In this document: one piece after another, positions 1 to 10,100 of the stretch
Layout: each line of letters starts with the position of its first letter
How positions within the stretch are numbered: position 1 is the stretch's first letter
Assembly (NCBI GenBank): GCA_003167015.1
Contig: PMUF01000054.1
Location: 1 to 62,597 of the forward strand
Reading direction: 5' to 3'
Origin: Chitinophagaceae bacterium
Lineage (GTDB): Bacteria; Bacteroidota; Bacteroidia; Chitinophagales; Chitinophagaceae
DNA: 62,597 nucleotides
Notes under the pieces: generated by a model
Database searches by the model: none
Seen by the model: the letters and a program-made list of their open reading frames with translations, nothing else
Told to the model about the DNA's origin: nothing
Translations under genes and position numbers: made by a program

Positions 1-21
1 GCCGACGATCCCGACGCACCC
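1..21. repeat. Terminal direct repeat (copy 1); circular-assembly overlap
   Basis: GCCGACGATCCCGACGCACCC is identical to 62577-62597. Confidence 0.95.
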
Positions 22-63
22 GAGGATGACCAAAAGTACGATCTTTTGGTCGCGCTCTGTCAT
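1..63 (-). CDS. 32-aa single-TM protein spanning the circular junction (63->1, then 62576->62541)
   Basis: MTERDQKIVLLVILGCVGIVGLLGLVFDSPFR*; ATGA overlap with the stop of 60..494; stays open only across the junction. Confidence 0.6.
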   Translation of the reverse strand, partial: MTERDQKIVLLVILGCVGIVG

Positions 64-494
64 TTCGTTGCCGATGAAAGGGATGGAGGGGTGCCCTGAA
101 CTGCAGTTGTTGCCTTTCCGGTGGCCGTGGGCGTGACCGTCCCTGCTGCAATCTGCTGGTTCTTAGATTTGCTCAGGGCGCTTTGCAGAGCCGGGGCAAT
201 AGCGGTCACCAGCCCGAGAATAGCATTCAGGTTATCTCCCGAGAGTACACCGGCGGATACGAACAATCCTCCGACCGAGGTGATGACAGATCGGACGGCG
301 CTTTCAATCCCTTCGATATTGGAAGTTTTGGCCGCTATCCCCCATATAGTACTGGCAACCGTAACGATGGCCCCAGCGATGATCTGCCAGGTCGAAGAGT
401 CAACGGGATGTCCGAAAACATTGTGCCCGACCACATAGGAGCCGACCATAATCAAAAGCGCCCGGAGAAAGCTCAATAAATTGTCCTGTGTCAT
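60..494 (-). CDS. Putative holin with a tandemly duplicated two-TM module
   Basis: Four hydrophobic segments in two similar halves (LRALLIMVGSYVV / VRSVITSVGGLFV); lies next to the endolysin across the junction. Confidence 0.6.
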   Translation of the reverse strand: MTQDNLLSFLRALLIMVGSYVVGHNVFGHPVDSSTWQIIAGAIVTVASTIWGIAAKTSNIEGIESAVRSVITSVGGLFVSAGVLSGDNLNAILGLVTAIAPALQSALSKSKNQQIAAGTVTPTATGKATTAVQGTPPSLSSATK

Positions 495-536
495 TGTATA
501 TTGTTTAAGTTAAAAAATCTATTTCGCCCTATCGGC

Positions 537-1166
537 TTAATGCTGCAAGTTAGGGGTTGTCATGGCCCTTTCTAAATCCCACGTCTTTAGCCTGTATTTC
601 AATGCACAGCTATTAATTCCTATTTGATCAGCCCAATCCTTAAGACACTTCGTTTCACCGTTGAATGTGATGTTGATATTATTCCTTTTATTTCTGTTTT
701 GCTGATGCCTGGTAACTATTCTGCAATTTTCTGGACCATAATCCTTGTCATTATCTATCCTATCAATTTGAAGTCCTCTTTCCCATCCGTTCCTTATTGC
801 CCATTCAAAAAAGAGCAAAAAATTATCCAACCATTCTTGGCAGATGCCAATTCCTCTACCGCCATAATTCGGGTATGACCCATGTTTTTCGCAGTAACAT
901 CTGGAATACATGCTTGCCATTACTCCTCTTAGGGGGTGCGAAGAATTTCCGTGAGTAGTCATTCGTTTGGTGGCAATTTCTATTTTTAGGCACCCGCAAG
1001 ATTTGGTATGTCCAGTGAGCACACTGCCGGCATCATACCATTTTTTTATTCCACATTCGCATTCTGCCATAAAAATACAGCCATCCCATTTCATCTCAAA
1101 AGACAAGACTGTCAGACGGTTGAATTTTTTCCCCAAATACCTAGTATAATCGATGCCTGACGCCAT
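537..1166 (-). CDS. HNH homing endonuclease
   Basis: GKKFNRLTV..CECG..TKSCGC N-terminus, YGGRGI.IC.EW, IDRIDNDKDYGPENCR..QNRN; likely start MASGID. Confidence 0.85.
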   Translation of the reverse strand: MASGIDYTRYLGKKFNRLTVLSFEMKWDGCIFMAECECGIKKWYDAGSVLTGHTKSCGCLKIEIATKRMTTHGNSSHPLRGVMASMYSRCYCEKHGSYPNYGGRGIGICQEWLDNFLLFFEWAIRNGWERGLQIDRIDNDKDYGPENCRIVTRHQQNRNKRNNINITFNGETKCLKDWADQIGINSCALKYRLKTWDLERAMTTPNLQH

Positions 1167-1170
1167 ATTT

Positions 1171-1476
1171 TTATTTGTTTTGCCGGTCAACTTTATTTTG
1201 CAAAATAACCCTTACATCATCCACTTTCTGATTCAACTCCTTGATGTTCCCCTTCAATTCATCCATGTCTGCTTTCTGCAAAAGGAAGTCATCGTGCCGG
1301 ACGTGTTCCAGATTGTCCATTCGCTGTTTCAGGAATAGGATGTCATCTTTCTGTTGCTGGGTATTTGTCGAAAAATTCCACAACATTCCCCCCAAAGCGG
1401 CGACGAATAAGGCTGTCTGAAAGATAAGGTGCCACCACTCAACGGGCTTTTTCATGTCTTTTTGTTGTTGAAGCAT
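1171..1476 (-). CDS. Membrane-anchored coiled-coil protein (lysis region)
   Basis: N-terminal TM (LIFQTALFVAALGGMLW) followed by heptad-rich segment. Confidence 0.55.
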   Translation of the reverse strand: MLQQQKDMKKPVEWWHLIFQTALFVAALGGMLWNFSTNTQQQKDDILFLKQRMDNLEHVRHDDFLLQKADMDELKGNIKELNQKVDDVRVILQNKVDRQNK

Positions 1477-1834
1477 TGTAAGTAATTATAACCGTTGCTA
1501 CTACCATTACCGTGCCCTCTCCACCTAAAAACCATTCGTTGCGCCGGAAAAAGAGCCAGTAATGCACAATGTCTACCACACTGATCAAGAGGTTCGCCAA
1601 GAGTAGAATTCGAAGGGTCGGCGTTTTGCAGGTAGAGATTAACCAGGCCAAAAGAACAAAAACAGCGGACAGCCAAAGCTCAACATGATAAATCGGCCAT
1701 CTGAAATCCTCCAACACGGTTTTGTCATAAACCACCCATCTAACCGGGTGATAGGGGGCGCTTTGCCAATACCGGTGAATGAGGCAGACGGGCCAACTGA
1801 GAAACATCAGCGCCTCGGCTATCCGGTTCCTCAC
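1439..1834 (-). CDS. Multi-pass membrane protein
   Basis: About four hydrophobic helices; coupled overlap with neighbouring genes. Confidence 0.6.
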   Translation of the reverse strand: MRNRIAEALMFLSWPVCLIHRYWQSAPYHPVRWVVYDKTVLEDFRWPIYHVELWLSAVFVLLAWLISTCKTPTLRILLLANLLISVVDIVHYWLFFRRNEWFLGGEGTVMVVATVIITYNASTTKRHEKAR

Positions 1835-2043
1835 GGCTTGCCTGGTTGACCATTACCGGGAGGGCTGGAGCCATTGGAATCCTCGGGATCTGCGTCCTCG
1901 ATGTCGTTTTCATCAATGTACCACTGCGCGTCATCCTCGCAGTCCCACCACCAGGATTTTTGAAAATCGTCTGTCCATTGCGCCTCTCCGTCTTCCATGC
2001 CGGAAATGTACTGACCATCGGTTGATTTAATACACCAGCCCAT
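1831..2043 (-). CDS. Small acidic Trp-rich hypothetical protein
   Basis: 70-aa ORF, A-rich upstream sequence, ATGA overlap downstream. Confidence 0.55.
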   Translation of the reverse strand: MGWCIKSTDGQYISGMEDGEAQWTDDFQKSWWWDCEDDAQWYIDENDIEDADPEDSNGSSPPGNGQPGKP

Positions 2044-2064
2044 AAAGGTTTATTTTTTAAAGGT

Positions 2065-2316
2065 TTATAAAAGCGGTTTGTCTTCCGGATAAATCCTGCC
2101 CTTTCCTTCGCCCGGCATCAGCGCGATGAATTCCAGGACAGCCTTACACTGTTCGAGTGTCAGGAGGGCAATCCCTTCATTCAGTTCGCCATTCCATTCC
2201 CCCCGCAGGAGCCGGATCTGCTCCAACACTTTCTTTTTCTGTTCGCGGGTCAGGTATTTCACCGCCTCGCTGATCGCTTTCTGAAGGGCTTCCTTTTCTG
2301 TTAGCTTCGGTTTCAT
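2065..2316 (-). CDS. Hypothetical helical protein
   Basis: Likely start MKPKLTEK; fits between its neighbours. Confidence 0.55.
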   Translation of the reverse strand: MKPKLTEKEALQKAISEAVKYLTREQKKKVLEQIRLLRGEWNGELNEGIALLTLEQCKAVLEFIALMPGEGKGRIYPEDKPLL

Positions 2317-2330
2317 GATTTCTAAAAATA

Positions 2331-2696
2331 CTATTTTTTCAGGTAAGTCAGGATTACGATTATCACCGTCACAACGGCGCATATCCCTAAAACTGCCGCC
2401 ACTGCAATCACCCACAAGGAATTCATCCCGGTTCCCTTCCCTTTCACCGTATTGATGTAGTCGGTATTGATCTGCGTTTTAGCGTTTATGTTACCCGTTT
2501 CCCGATCGAAAACCTCTCTTAATACCGACAACTTTTGAACCTCTTTAATCCTGTCATTTTCATGATTTAGGTCCAGCAACCGGCGTTCATATTCCTTAGC
2601 CTGCAATATCAACTGTTGATCTTTGAGTGCCATCTCGCGCCGCAATCCAGCAATCATTTCCCGCAAAAGATCATATTGATTGACCTTGTCTTTCAT
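2331..2696 (-). CDS. Coiled-coil protein with C-terminal TM anchor
   Basis: Heptad pattern followed by LWVIAVAAVLGICAVVTVIIVILTYLKK. Confidence 0.65.
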   Translation of the reverse strand: MKDKVNQYDLLREMIAGLRREMALKDQQLILQAKEYERRLLDLNHENDRIKEVQKLSVLREVFDRETGNINAKTQINTDYINTVKGKGTGMNSLWVIAVAAVLGICAVVTVIIVILTYLKK

Positions 2697-3589
2697 TGCC
2701 AGATCGTCCCGTTACCGACGGTTATTTTTCCAGTCGTTGAATTGAAGTAAGTAAGGCCAGCTGTAGGCGTTACCAGCGCTAATTGAGCGGTTGTAGCTGA
2801 TACCAATTGCAGTCCAGCGGCAGGAGCGACAACAACCGGAGGTGCAACAACAGCGGGAGCAAAAGAGGCAGCCCATGTCCAGAAATCCTGACCGGCCGCG
2901 TTCTTTACTCCGCCCACCGCATAGGCTGTATTCCAGACCGCGCCGGAATGTCCCAAGCCCGGCATGACGGTAAAATAGGCCTGATTGGGTGCCACGGCTT
3001 TAAGCTGGTTATAACGCGGAAGCATGGAATTGGAATTCGAATTGTAGAACGAATCCTGATCCCCGCATACGCCCCACCACTGAACGCCGGATTGTAAGAA
3101 CCACGCAGGCTCCCATGACCCAGGAAGGCCGGCCTCTCCGATAACGGGTCCTTCCGAACTGATCTCGAACATGAACTTAATTTCTGCAAGATCCGTTTCG
3201 GCAAACCCTGCGAACCAATCCCAGTCCTGCCCGGAACGTGAGTACCCGGTGACTCCGATAGCGACGATATTGGTATATATTGCTTTCAGGGCGTTTATCA
3301 TGCCCTGCATTTCCTTCGGCCTTGGATCTTGTTCTGTGTTCTGAATCTCTACGCAGACGATACCGGGAAGTCCCAAATCCACTCCCTGTTTTAAAGCTGT
3401 AAAAGGGCCGGCATTGAGCATAAGAGCGGCATTGGTCCCAATTTCCCCCGCGCCGGGGCTGCCAATAATCAATACCACCGGCTGGCCCGGCTCATATCCC
3501 GTATATTCATATGTCATGATGTTAGCCGTTTCCGCGGCCATTCCCGGAGCCGGGATGATCGAAATCGTTGAAGTAGATACCGTAGGCAT
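2693..3589 (-). CDS. Alpha/beta-hydrolase (esterase-like) with C-terminal fibre-type motif
   Basis: PVVLIIGSPGAGE, nucleophile elbow-like TGYSRSG, VCGDQD, PGLGH; Ala/Pro/Val linker, then TTAQ..PTAGLTYFNSTT..GTIW. Confidence 0.6.
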   Translation of the reverse strand: MPTVSTSTISIIPAPGMAAETANIMTYEYTGYEPGQPVVLIIGSPGAGEIGTNAALMLNAGPFTALKQGVDLGLPGIVCVEIQNTEQDPRPKEMQGMINALKAIYTNIVAIGVTGYSRSGQDWDWFAGFAETDLAEIKFMFEISSEGPVIGEAGLPGSWEPAWFLQSGVQWWGVCGDQDSFYNSNSNSMLPRYNQLKAVAPNQAYFTVMPGLGHSGAVWNTAYAVGGVKNAAGQDFWTWAASFAPAVVAPPVVVAPAAGLQLVSATTAQLALVTPTAGLTYFNSTTGKITVGNGTIWQ

Positions 3590-3601
3590 ATTTTTTATTT
3601 T

Positions 3602-6600
3602 TTATGGGTGTCCCATTGACGAGACGGTTTTGATTCTAATTCGAGTCCCCGAACTTTGAAGTGACCCGAGCGTACTTTGATAGGAAGGTAAGACAAAACT
3701 TCCATAGACCAGACCGCCGGGCGTTACATAAATACCGGGAAGCCAGATCGTCTGAGAAGCCGTCCCCGGAACCCCAATCAGGGTGAAGGGCCATTGCTGG
3801 AAGCTGCTGTGCTGGTCATAACCCGTGTAGGTCGTTTTCCAGGCTGAGAAGGACATACTTACCCCGCCGCCGGTATTATCCTTTTTGTAGAAAGCGGTCG
3901 AATTGGAGGAATGATTGAAATAATTGCTGTCAATCGTCCCGAAGGTGGTGATGTCGTTATTAACAGTTTCTAAGTGGATAACCTGGGAGCCGGAAGTATT
4001 CCCAGAGAAGATATTGTGCTTGACTTTCAACCCTGTAATCGTCGGGCCCCCGCTGAATTCAAAGGACTCGAACTCTTCCAGGGCGCTTCCGAGACTGGTA
4101 TTATACAGGAAGGAGTTTCCGGGACCATGATTATAGTAGGAGGCATTATCAACGGTGTCGACGGTATTATAAGAGACCAGGACGCTATCCCTGGATGCAT
4201 CCAGATATACCCCGTTAGTTAGCGGCCCGGTAGTGGTGCCGTCCTGAGACATGATGCTGCCGCCCTTATAGATATAATTTCCGGCGATGGTGCTTTTGAT
4301 CGGGAAGGCGACTACCGCATGCTCGTGCATATAAATGCCGCCTCCGTCCTCGTGATTTTGGTCATAATTGCCCACACTGTTACTATCCGCATGCGAGTTG
4401 TTGCCGGAGAAATAAATGGGCATATAGCCAACATAATTGATGCTGCAGTATTTAACGACCGTGCTATCCCCGGCACCGGCATAGGTACTGGGTTGGTTGT
4501 AGATGGTATTGATAGCCATATACTGGCCGGCTGCGCTACTGCCGCCCATACCCACGGTCATGCCGATATCCAGGAAGGTTGAGGATAGAATACTGTCTTT
4601 AATGGCGGTATTCCCATACGACGTGAAGCCATTATCGGTGATGCGGCCGATGAAGCAGTTTTTTACTTTCACATTATACGCGAGACTCCATATCCCGTCA
4701 AAGCCGTATAACAGGCTGTCATTGGTGAAGGAGATATTACTACCTGACGATAGGAGAACCAAGGCTGTATCAGCTCCCTGGATATCCCAGTGATCAATCG
4801 TAAAGTTAGAGGCCGTCGATTTGATGACGTATCCCTGGTTGGGAACGGAGAACGTGTGACCGGACGTTCCGCCGGGCAGGTTCATCCGGATCACACTGTT
4901 GGTATCCTGCCATTCGAAGGCGCTATCCGGGAAATTATTCAGTATCCGCCAGCCGTCACCGCCGACATTGACATAACTGACGGCCGGCGCGACAGTCAGG
5001 ATCGTCGATGTCTGGCCTGTCACTCTACAGGTATCCCGGGTATAGGCGCTGCTGTAGACGACCAATTTGGTACCTACCGGCGCTTTGGGTGCGTTGACAG
5101 CATCATATACCGTGGTCGTACTGCTGGAAGCGGGCGCGAAAACAAAGGCCGGGCTGCTTTTATTCGGTGTCATGGCTATGCTCTTCAGGTAGCCGTCCAT
5201 GACCAGTAGCTGCGGAGTAACCCCGGAATAGGTGGCCTGGTACTCGTTACCGCTCACGTTCGTAAAAGATAGCGCGGTCATGCCCAATACCTTTGGCATG
5301 GCTCCGGTCCCATAAGCGGTATAGTACACCCCTGACACAGGGATGATCTCGGTATAAAAGACATCGCCACGATTAAGGCTTACTGTATCCCCGGAAGTAA
5401 TCCCGGCACTGGAAAGATAAGAAATTGCACACGGCGCACCAGATGTGCAGGAGGTGCCGGACCCGGCGCCGGAGAAGTAAAAATTGGTCTGTGTGGTGGA
5501 GTTCACTACTACGTTCATCGTGGCCGAACTGCTATCCCACTCGTTGTCCGTAATGCCCAATTTAAAAACGTAGGTGCCCGTAGTCAGGTTAGATACTGAG
5601 GTAATGGACGCGCCGGAGACTTGAATTTTGGCTGCGGTTGGTCCAGATACCTGAGTCCACATCCAATAAGAAATGTGATAGGTTGCTGTACTGGATGATC
5701 CGTTGAGCGTGGTAGTGGTGCCGCTGATGCTCTGGTTACCCCCGGCATTGGCGACGGGTGGGCTTTCGGCGGGCGGGGTGTAATTGGAACAATAAGTAGC
5801 TGTCGGATTGAAGGCGCAATACTTGGCCATTGATTTCCATGGCCCTCCTTGCCCCCCGATAGCCCATAAGCTAACCGGCGCAATTGTCGGCACATCCCAG
5901 CCATTCGGATAGCTGCTGCCCTGATTGCCGCTTAGATCCCCCCCATTGATACCATTGATGACAACTGTTCCTTTGTTTCGTCCGCAGGCATAGAGAGAAT
6001 CCAAGGCATCTTTGACAACTACGTATCTTTGAAAGGTAGCCCCGGAATAAATATTCGTCCAGTTCGTTTTATAGGTGACCTGTACGGGGTGCTTAATGAG
6101 AGCCAGTCCATACGTTCCCGGCCATGTTGAGATAGCGGAGTCGTAGTAATTCAATTCAGGACCTACTCCCACTTCCCCTTGCGCCTGATCTCCGAACCCC
6201 CATAAAGTTCCATTGGTAGTGATGATATGTGTGGACCCCATCGAGGTAACGATATCCGATACAGGGGCATCCAGATAACCGGTGATACTATCGCGGGCAT
6301 TTACCGGCAGGGGTACGGTTCCTCCGTTTCCGGTCGGATCACCTCCTGAGTTAATGCCGCCCATCATGTTGCCATATACCCCCCATGTCCATATTGTATC
6401 ATTAGCAGCTAAGGCGAAGTTGAAATGATTTCCGCCTGCTATCATGGTTATGTTAGCGCTGGCATTAGCGATTTGATGTAAGAGGGTGTATTGCGTTCCT
6501 GAGCCTGTGTACCCAAGTGGATAATAAAGCTCGGCACCACTCCAACTGGTATTGCCCCATGTGAAAACAGTACCGTCGGTACAAAGAACCATTCCATAAG

Positions 6601-7180
6601 CCCCCCCGATGATCTGTTTAGCCAATCTACCCCCAGGAATGAGTATTTGAACAGGAGCAGAACAAGCATTTCCCAAAGAACCGTTTCCTTTCATTCCGAG
6701 TGTATCGCCGCCCCAAGTCCATAAAGTTCCGTTTGATTTGATCGCTAACCAACCTTGATAGGCATTCCCAACAAAAAACGCAGCCAATGAAGCAACGCTA
6801 TTGAAGGCGTTTCCAGAACTATCCACGGTGATTTTATAGGCATTTGTCGCTACCGTGCTGCTGGTTCCGCTTCCCAGAGAGCAGGTACTATTGTCCCCGG
6901 TTGTCCAGACATATCCATTTACGTCTATGGCGGCGAGCCCATGTAATCCACCAGCGACATAGGCAAACTGAAGATTCGACGGAGATACTACGACTTGAAT
7001 AGGCAATCCGATAGTTCCTGATCCGCCACTACCCACATTACCCAATGCATTTGTGTAGGCCCATAGTGTCCCATCCGATTGTCGGATGTATCCCCCTTGA
7101 TATTCTCCGGGTCCGACTTGTCCATCCTGACAGAAAGCCATAATGGGACAAAGAAACAGTATCGTAATAAGTTTCTTCAA
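3602..7180 (-). CDS. Signal-peptide protein: RCC1-like repeats + PKD/Ig domain + parallel beta-helix
   Basis: TTG start MKKLITILFLCPIMAFC|Q; repeated xGxLWxWG RCC1 motifs; PPVANAG..L.GS.S..Y.WTQVSGP..GTYVFKL PKD signature; beta-helix-like C half (DGGGIY, NGVYLD). Confidence 0.75.
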   Translation of the reverse strand: MKKLITILFLCPIMAFCQDGQVGPGEYQGGYIRQSDGTLWAYTNALGNVGSGGSGTIGLPIQVVVSPSNLQFAYVAGGLHGLAAIDVNGYVWTTGDNSTCSLGSGTSSTVATNAYKITVDSSGNAFNSVASLAAFFVGNAYQGWLAIKSNGTLWTWGGDTLGMKGNGSLGNACSAPVQILIPGGRLAKQIIGGAYGMVLCTDGTVFTWGNTSWSGAELYYPLGYTGSGTQYTLLHQIANASANITMIAGGNHFNFALAANDTIWTWGVYGNMMGGINSGGDPTGNGGTVPLPVNARDSITGYLDAPVSDIVTSMGSTHIITTNGTLWGFGDQAQGEVGVGPELNYYDSAISTWPGTYGLALIKHPVQVTYKTNWTNIYSGATFQRYVVVKDALDSLYACGRNKGTVVINGINGGDLSGNQGSSYPNGWDVPTIAPVSLWAIGGQGGPWKSMAKYCAFNPTATYCSNYTPPAESPPVANAGGNQSISGTTTTLNGSSSTATYHISYWMWTQVSGPTAAKIQVSGASITSVSNLTTGTYVFKLGITDNEWDSSSATMNVVVNSTTQTNFYFSGAGSGTSCTSGAPCAISYLSSAGITSGDTVSLNRGDVFYTEIIPVSGVYYTAYGTGAMPKVLGMTALSFTNVSGNEYQATYSGVTPQLLVMDGYLKSIAMTPNKSSPAFVFAPASSSTTTVYDAVNAPKAPVGTKLVVYSSAYTRDTCRVTGQTSTILTVAPAVSYVNVGGDGWRILNNFPDSAFEWQDTNSVIRMNLPGGTSGHTFSVPNQGYVIKSTASNFTIDHWDIQGADTALVLLSSGSNISFTNDSLLYGFDGIWSLAYNVKVKNCFIGRITDNGFTSYGNTAIKDSILSSTFLDIGMTVGMGGSSAAGQYMAINTIYNQPSTYAGAGDSTVVKYCSINYVGYMPIYFSGNNSHADSNSVGNYDQNHEDGGGIYMHEHAVVAFPIKSTIAGNYIYKGGSIMSQDGTTTGPLTNGVYLDASRDSVLVSYNTVDTVDNASYYNHGPGNSFLYNTSLGSALEEFESFEFSGGPTITGLKVKHNIFSGNTSGSQVIHLETVNNDITTFGTIDSNYFNHSSNSTAFYKKDNTGGGVSMSFSAWKTTYTGYDQHSSFQQWPFTLIGVPGTASQTIWLPGIYVTPGGLVYGSFVLPSYQSTLGSLQSSGTRIRIKTVSSMGHP

Positions 7181-10100
7181 TTAATACATCTGTGTTATAA
7201 TAGCTCCCGCATCATAGGTTACGGAGCCGGTTCCTGTTGTAAACACCACCGACGCTGTAATAGTAGTTCCTTGTTTAACTGAAACAAAAATAGGAGGAAA
7301 CGGGTAATATCCCGTACTGGTAAGATTTGCAGACGTTACTCCCTGGGAATAGAATGTCACTGTATGACTAGCGTTGTCTTCCCCTGTAAATGTCACTTGA
7401 ACTTGTAGAATATCCGTTACAATGGATAAAATATTTATGTAAGCGGATATCTGAAAGTTATTATTGCTTCCGCTTCCCGGCACCGCGTAAGACGTTATAG
7501 TCCCGGCTCCGCTTTGGCTGGTTAAATCGTTTTTGGCTGATATGTTTACCCCATGAGTGCTTGATGTTGAAATAGCAGCGTTAACCGTCAAAGCATTGGA
7601 AAGAGTAAGAGTAGCCCCTAATGTCTGAGCACCCGAACCGGCAATAATTCCCGGATTGCTAGAGCTTGCTAATCCCAAATATGCCGTAGTCCCTGAAACG
7701 GTAGCGCCATTAGCGTATGAGGTAGTTGGAGTACCAAAGGATGTCACTCCGCTGCCGCCACTCCCGAAAGTCGGCCAGTTGGTTTGGAAAATCGACTGAT
7801 CGGACTGTCGAATGACCGCTACTTTAAAATTCGTGGAGTCGATTATATTCGAAGCAATCTGAGGGAATTGAACTAATGCACCAGTAGCCGTAATCAACGG
7901 CGTGGTACTCCCTCCCACGATGTTGGTGGGGTATCCAGAAGTAATGGACCCGAGCATGACATTTTGTGTGCCGCTGAAAAGGGCTATATTTCGAAGACTC
8001 GATACGCTGAAACTGGGTCCGTAGGTGCGGATGATAGCTCCGTTGCTGCCGCTGCCGAATACATTCCAGGAAATATAACCAGAAGCGCTGGTGTTTGTAA
8101 TACCGGCGTTCATCAGTCCGCTGTAGCTTCCGGATAAGTTAAGAAGGGTATTCAGTCCGGTGACATTGCTCATGAAGAAAGAAGAGGTACTAACCGCAGG
8201 GGTAACTGCCGTCGCGTATCCGTTCACTAGATTTGCAACGAAAGTTTGAGGCGGATCAGTAGCATTCACGCCGATCGTTCCGGCACCAGTGCCTTCGTTG
8301 ACGATACAATTATCCATTTTCCACCCGGACAGTCCATTTTCCACCACTCCCGAACTGGTTGAGGAATAGGTGGATATTTGTTCACCTTCGATTTGAGCAT
8401 TGTAAAAAATACCCCCCCCGCTGGCATGTAAATAAATGACCGTATCGCTTATGTTCTCATAGCTATTTCCTGACAGGTTCAAATCAGATGTGCTTCCGGC
8501 AGAGCCATAGATCTCAAGCCATATGCCTATTTGGGCTTCGCCACTATAACCCGCATTGGCGTTCCACTTATTTTGCATGAACTTCCATCCGCCATTTTCC
8601 AGCCTGACCATCGCACGCGTATTGTTGTTGCCGGCGTAAAAGAAGGACTGAATACAACTGTTATCCCCGCCGTCCGCATTTTTCCGGTTTTGCATCCAGA
8701 TGCCGTAGTTGACGGGATTCCAGATAAAGACGTCACTTATGGTGACTTCTACCGCTGCCGTATCGTCGACGCAGTTATAAAAGCTACCGACGCCCATATC
8801 TTTTAGTTTCAAAGAAGTGCCGGCACCATAAATGCCGACGTTAGTAGACGTTGCCGTGACACCCGGAGCGAGAACAATATTCATCCCCGATATCGAACTG
8901 CCGCTGCCGCCGAGCACAAAGACAGTATCAGAGGCTGACGTAGACCAGATCTGGGTAATGTCCGTCGTGGAGTCACGGTAAAAAGCGGTTGAAGGAGTTA
9001 CCGAATTGAAGATCCCGGCATTTGAACCCCCGCACCCCAGGACCTGGACTTTATAGGGAAGCCTGATCGTTCCAGAAACAATATACCTCCCCGGGGGGAA
9101 ATAAAGAACGGCTCCTCCCGATCCACATGCCGCCGCCGCCATCTGAATTGCATAAGTGTCGTCGTGTATCCCATCTCCATAGGCATTATAGGGGGCGCTT
9201 TTCACGTTGACCCATAAGAAGTTGGTGTAGCCCTGGTTGAGTATCCATTGATACGATGCGAGGTTGGTTAGCGTGGAACTGGCCGTGTCGGCCTGGATGG
9301 TTATCGAGTTAGTTGTCGTCGTGGTATCGGCTGTCAACGGAGCTAAAGCAGTTATTCGCCTGAATCCCGGGATCTGCGGAGCATAGACGTTTACGCCCGT
9401 TCCGATATTAGGCGGTATGATCCCTCCCAAAGATGTTTCTATTAAATTGCCTGCCGATGTTTCTCCTATTGCATAAACAGCCGTACCGGTGAAAGCTCCC
9501 GATCCATAGCCCCCCAGCTGGATCTGTCCCGTATTCAGCACCTCAAATTTCGGAACCCCATTGATCTGCCCCTGAATAGTAGCTCCTGCAGGTGCCGATA
9601 AAGTTAGTTGCCCATCTGAATTGAAACTTCTGGACCATACCTGCGTACTCACATTCCCGCTGCTTCCTATCTGGTAGGCGTTGGTTGTTCCGTAGGTCAC
9701 GTTGCTGTTTAACTGTAGCCCAGCCGTAAGGGTTGGCTTCCCGCTCCATGTCTGGTTAAGATTAATCCCTGCAGACGTATAGCTGGAAGCCGGAATGGTT
9801 TCCACGACTGTTGTGCCGGTAGTGAGGCCGCCGAGGCTATATTGAAATAACTTGGTGGCATCTGATGCATTCTTCGCTATGGGATTGGCGTCGCTGAAAG
9901 GAGGTGATGATCCGCCTCCGGAGGCGCTGAAATTATGATAAATGGTATGAGGATTCGAAATAACTGAAATAGTCACAGATCCGTCTAAGGAAGTGTCTTT
10001 AATCCCCCTTAAGGGAAGTGCGCTGCCAGAAACAGATCCACCCACGGAATCTGAGGCTGGATCGGTTCGATCATTATAGACTGATGGCAGCGCGGCAATG

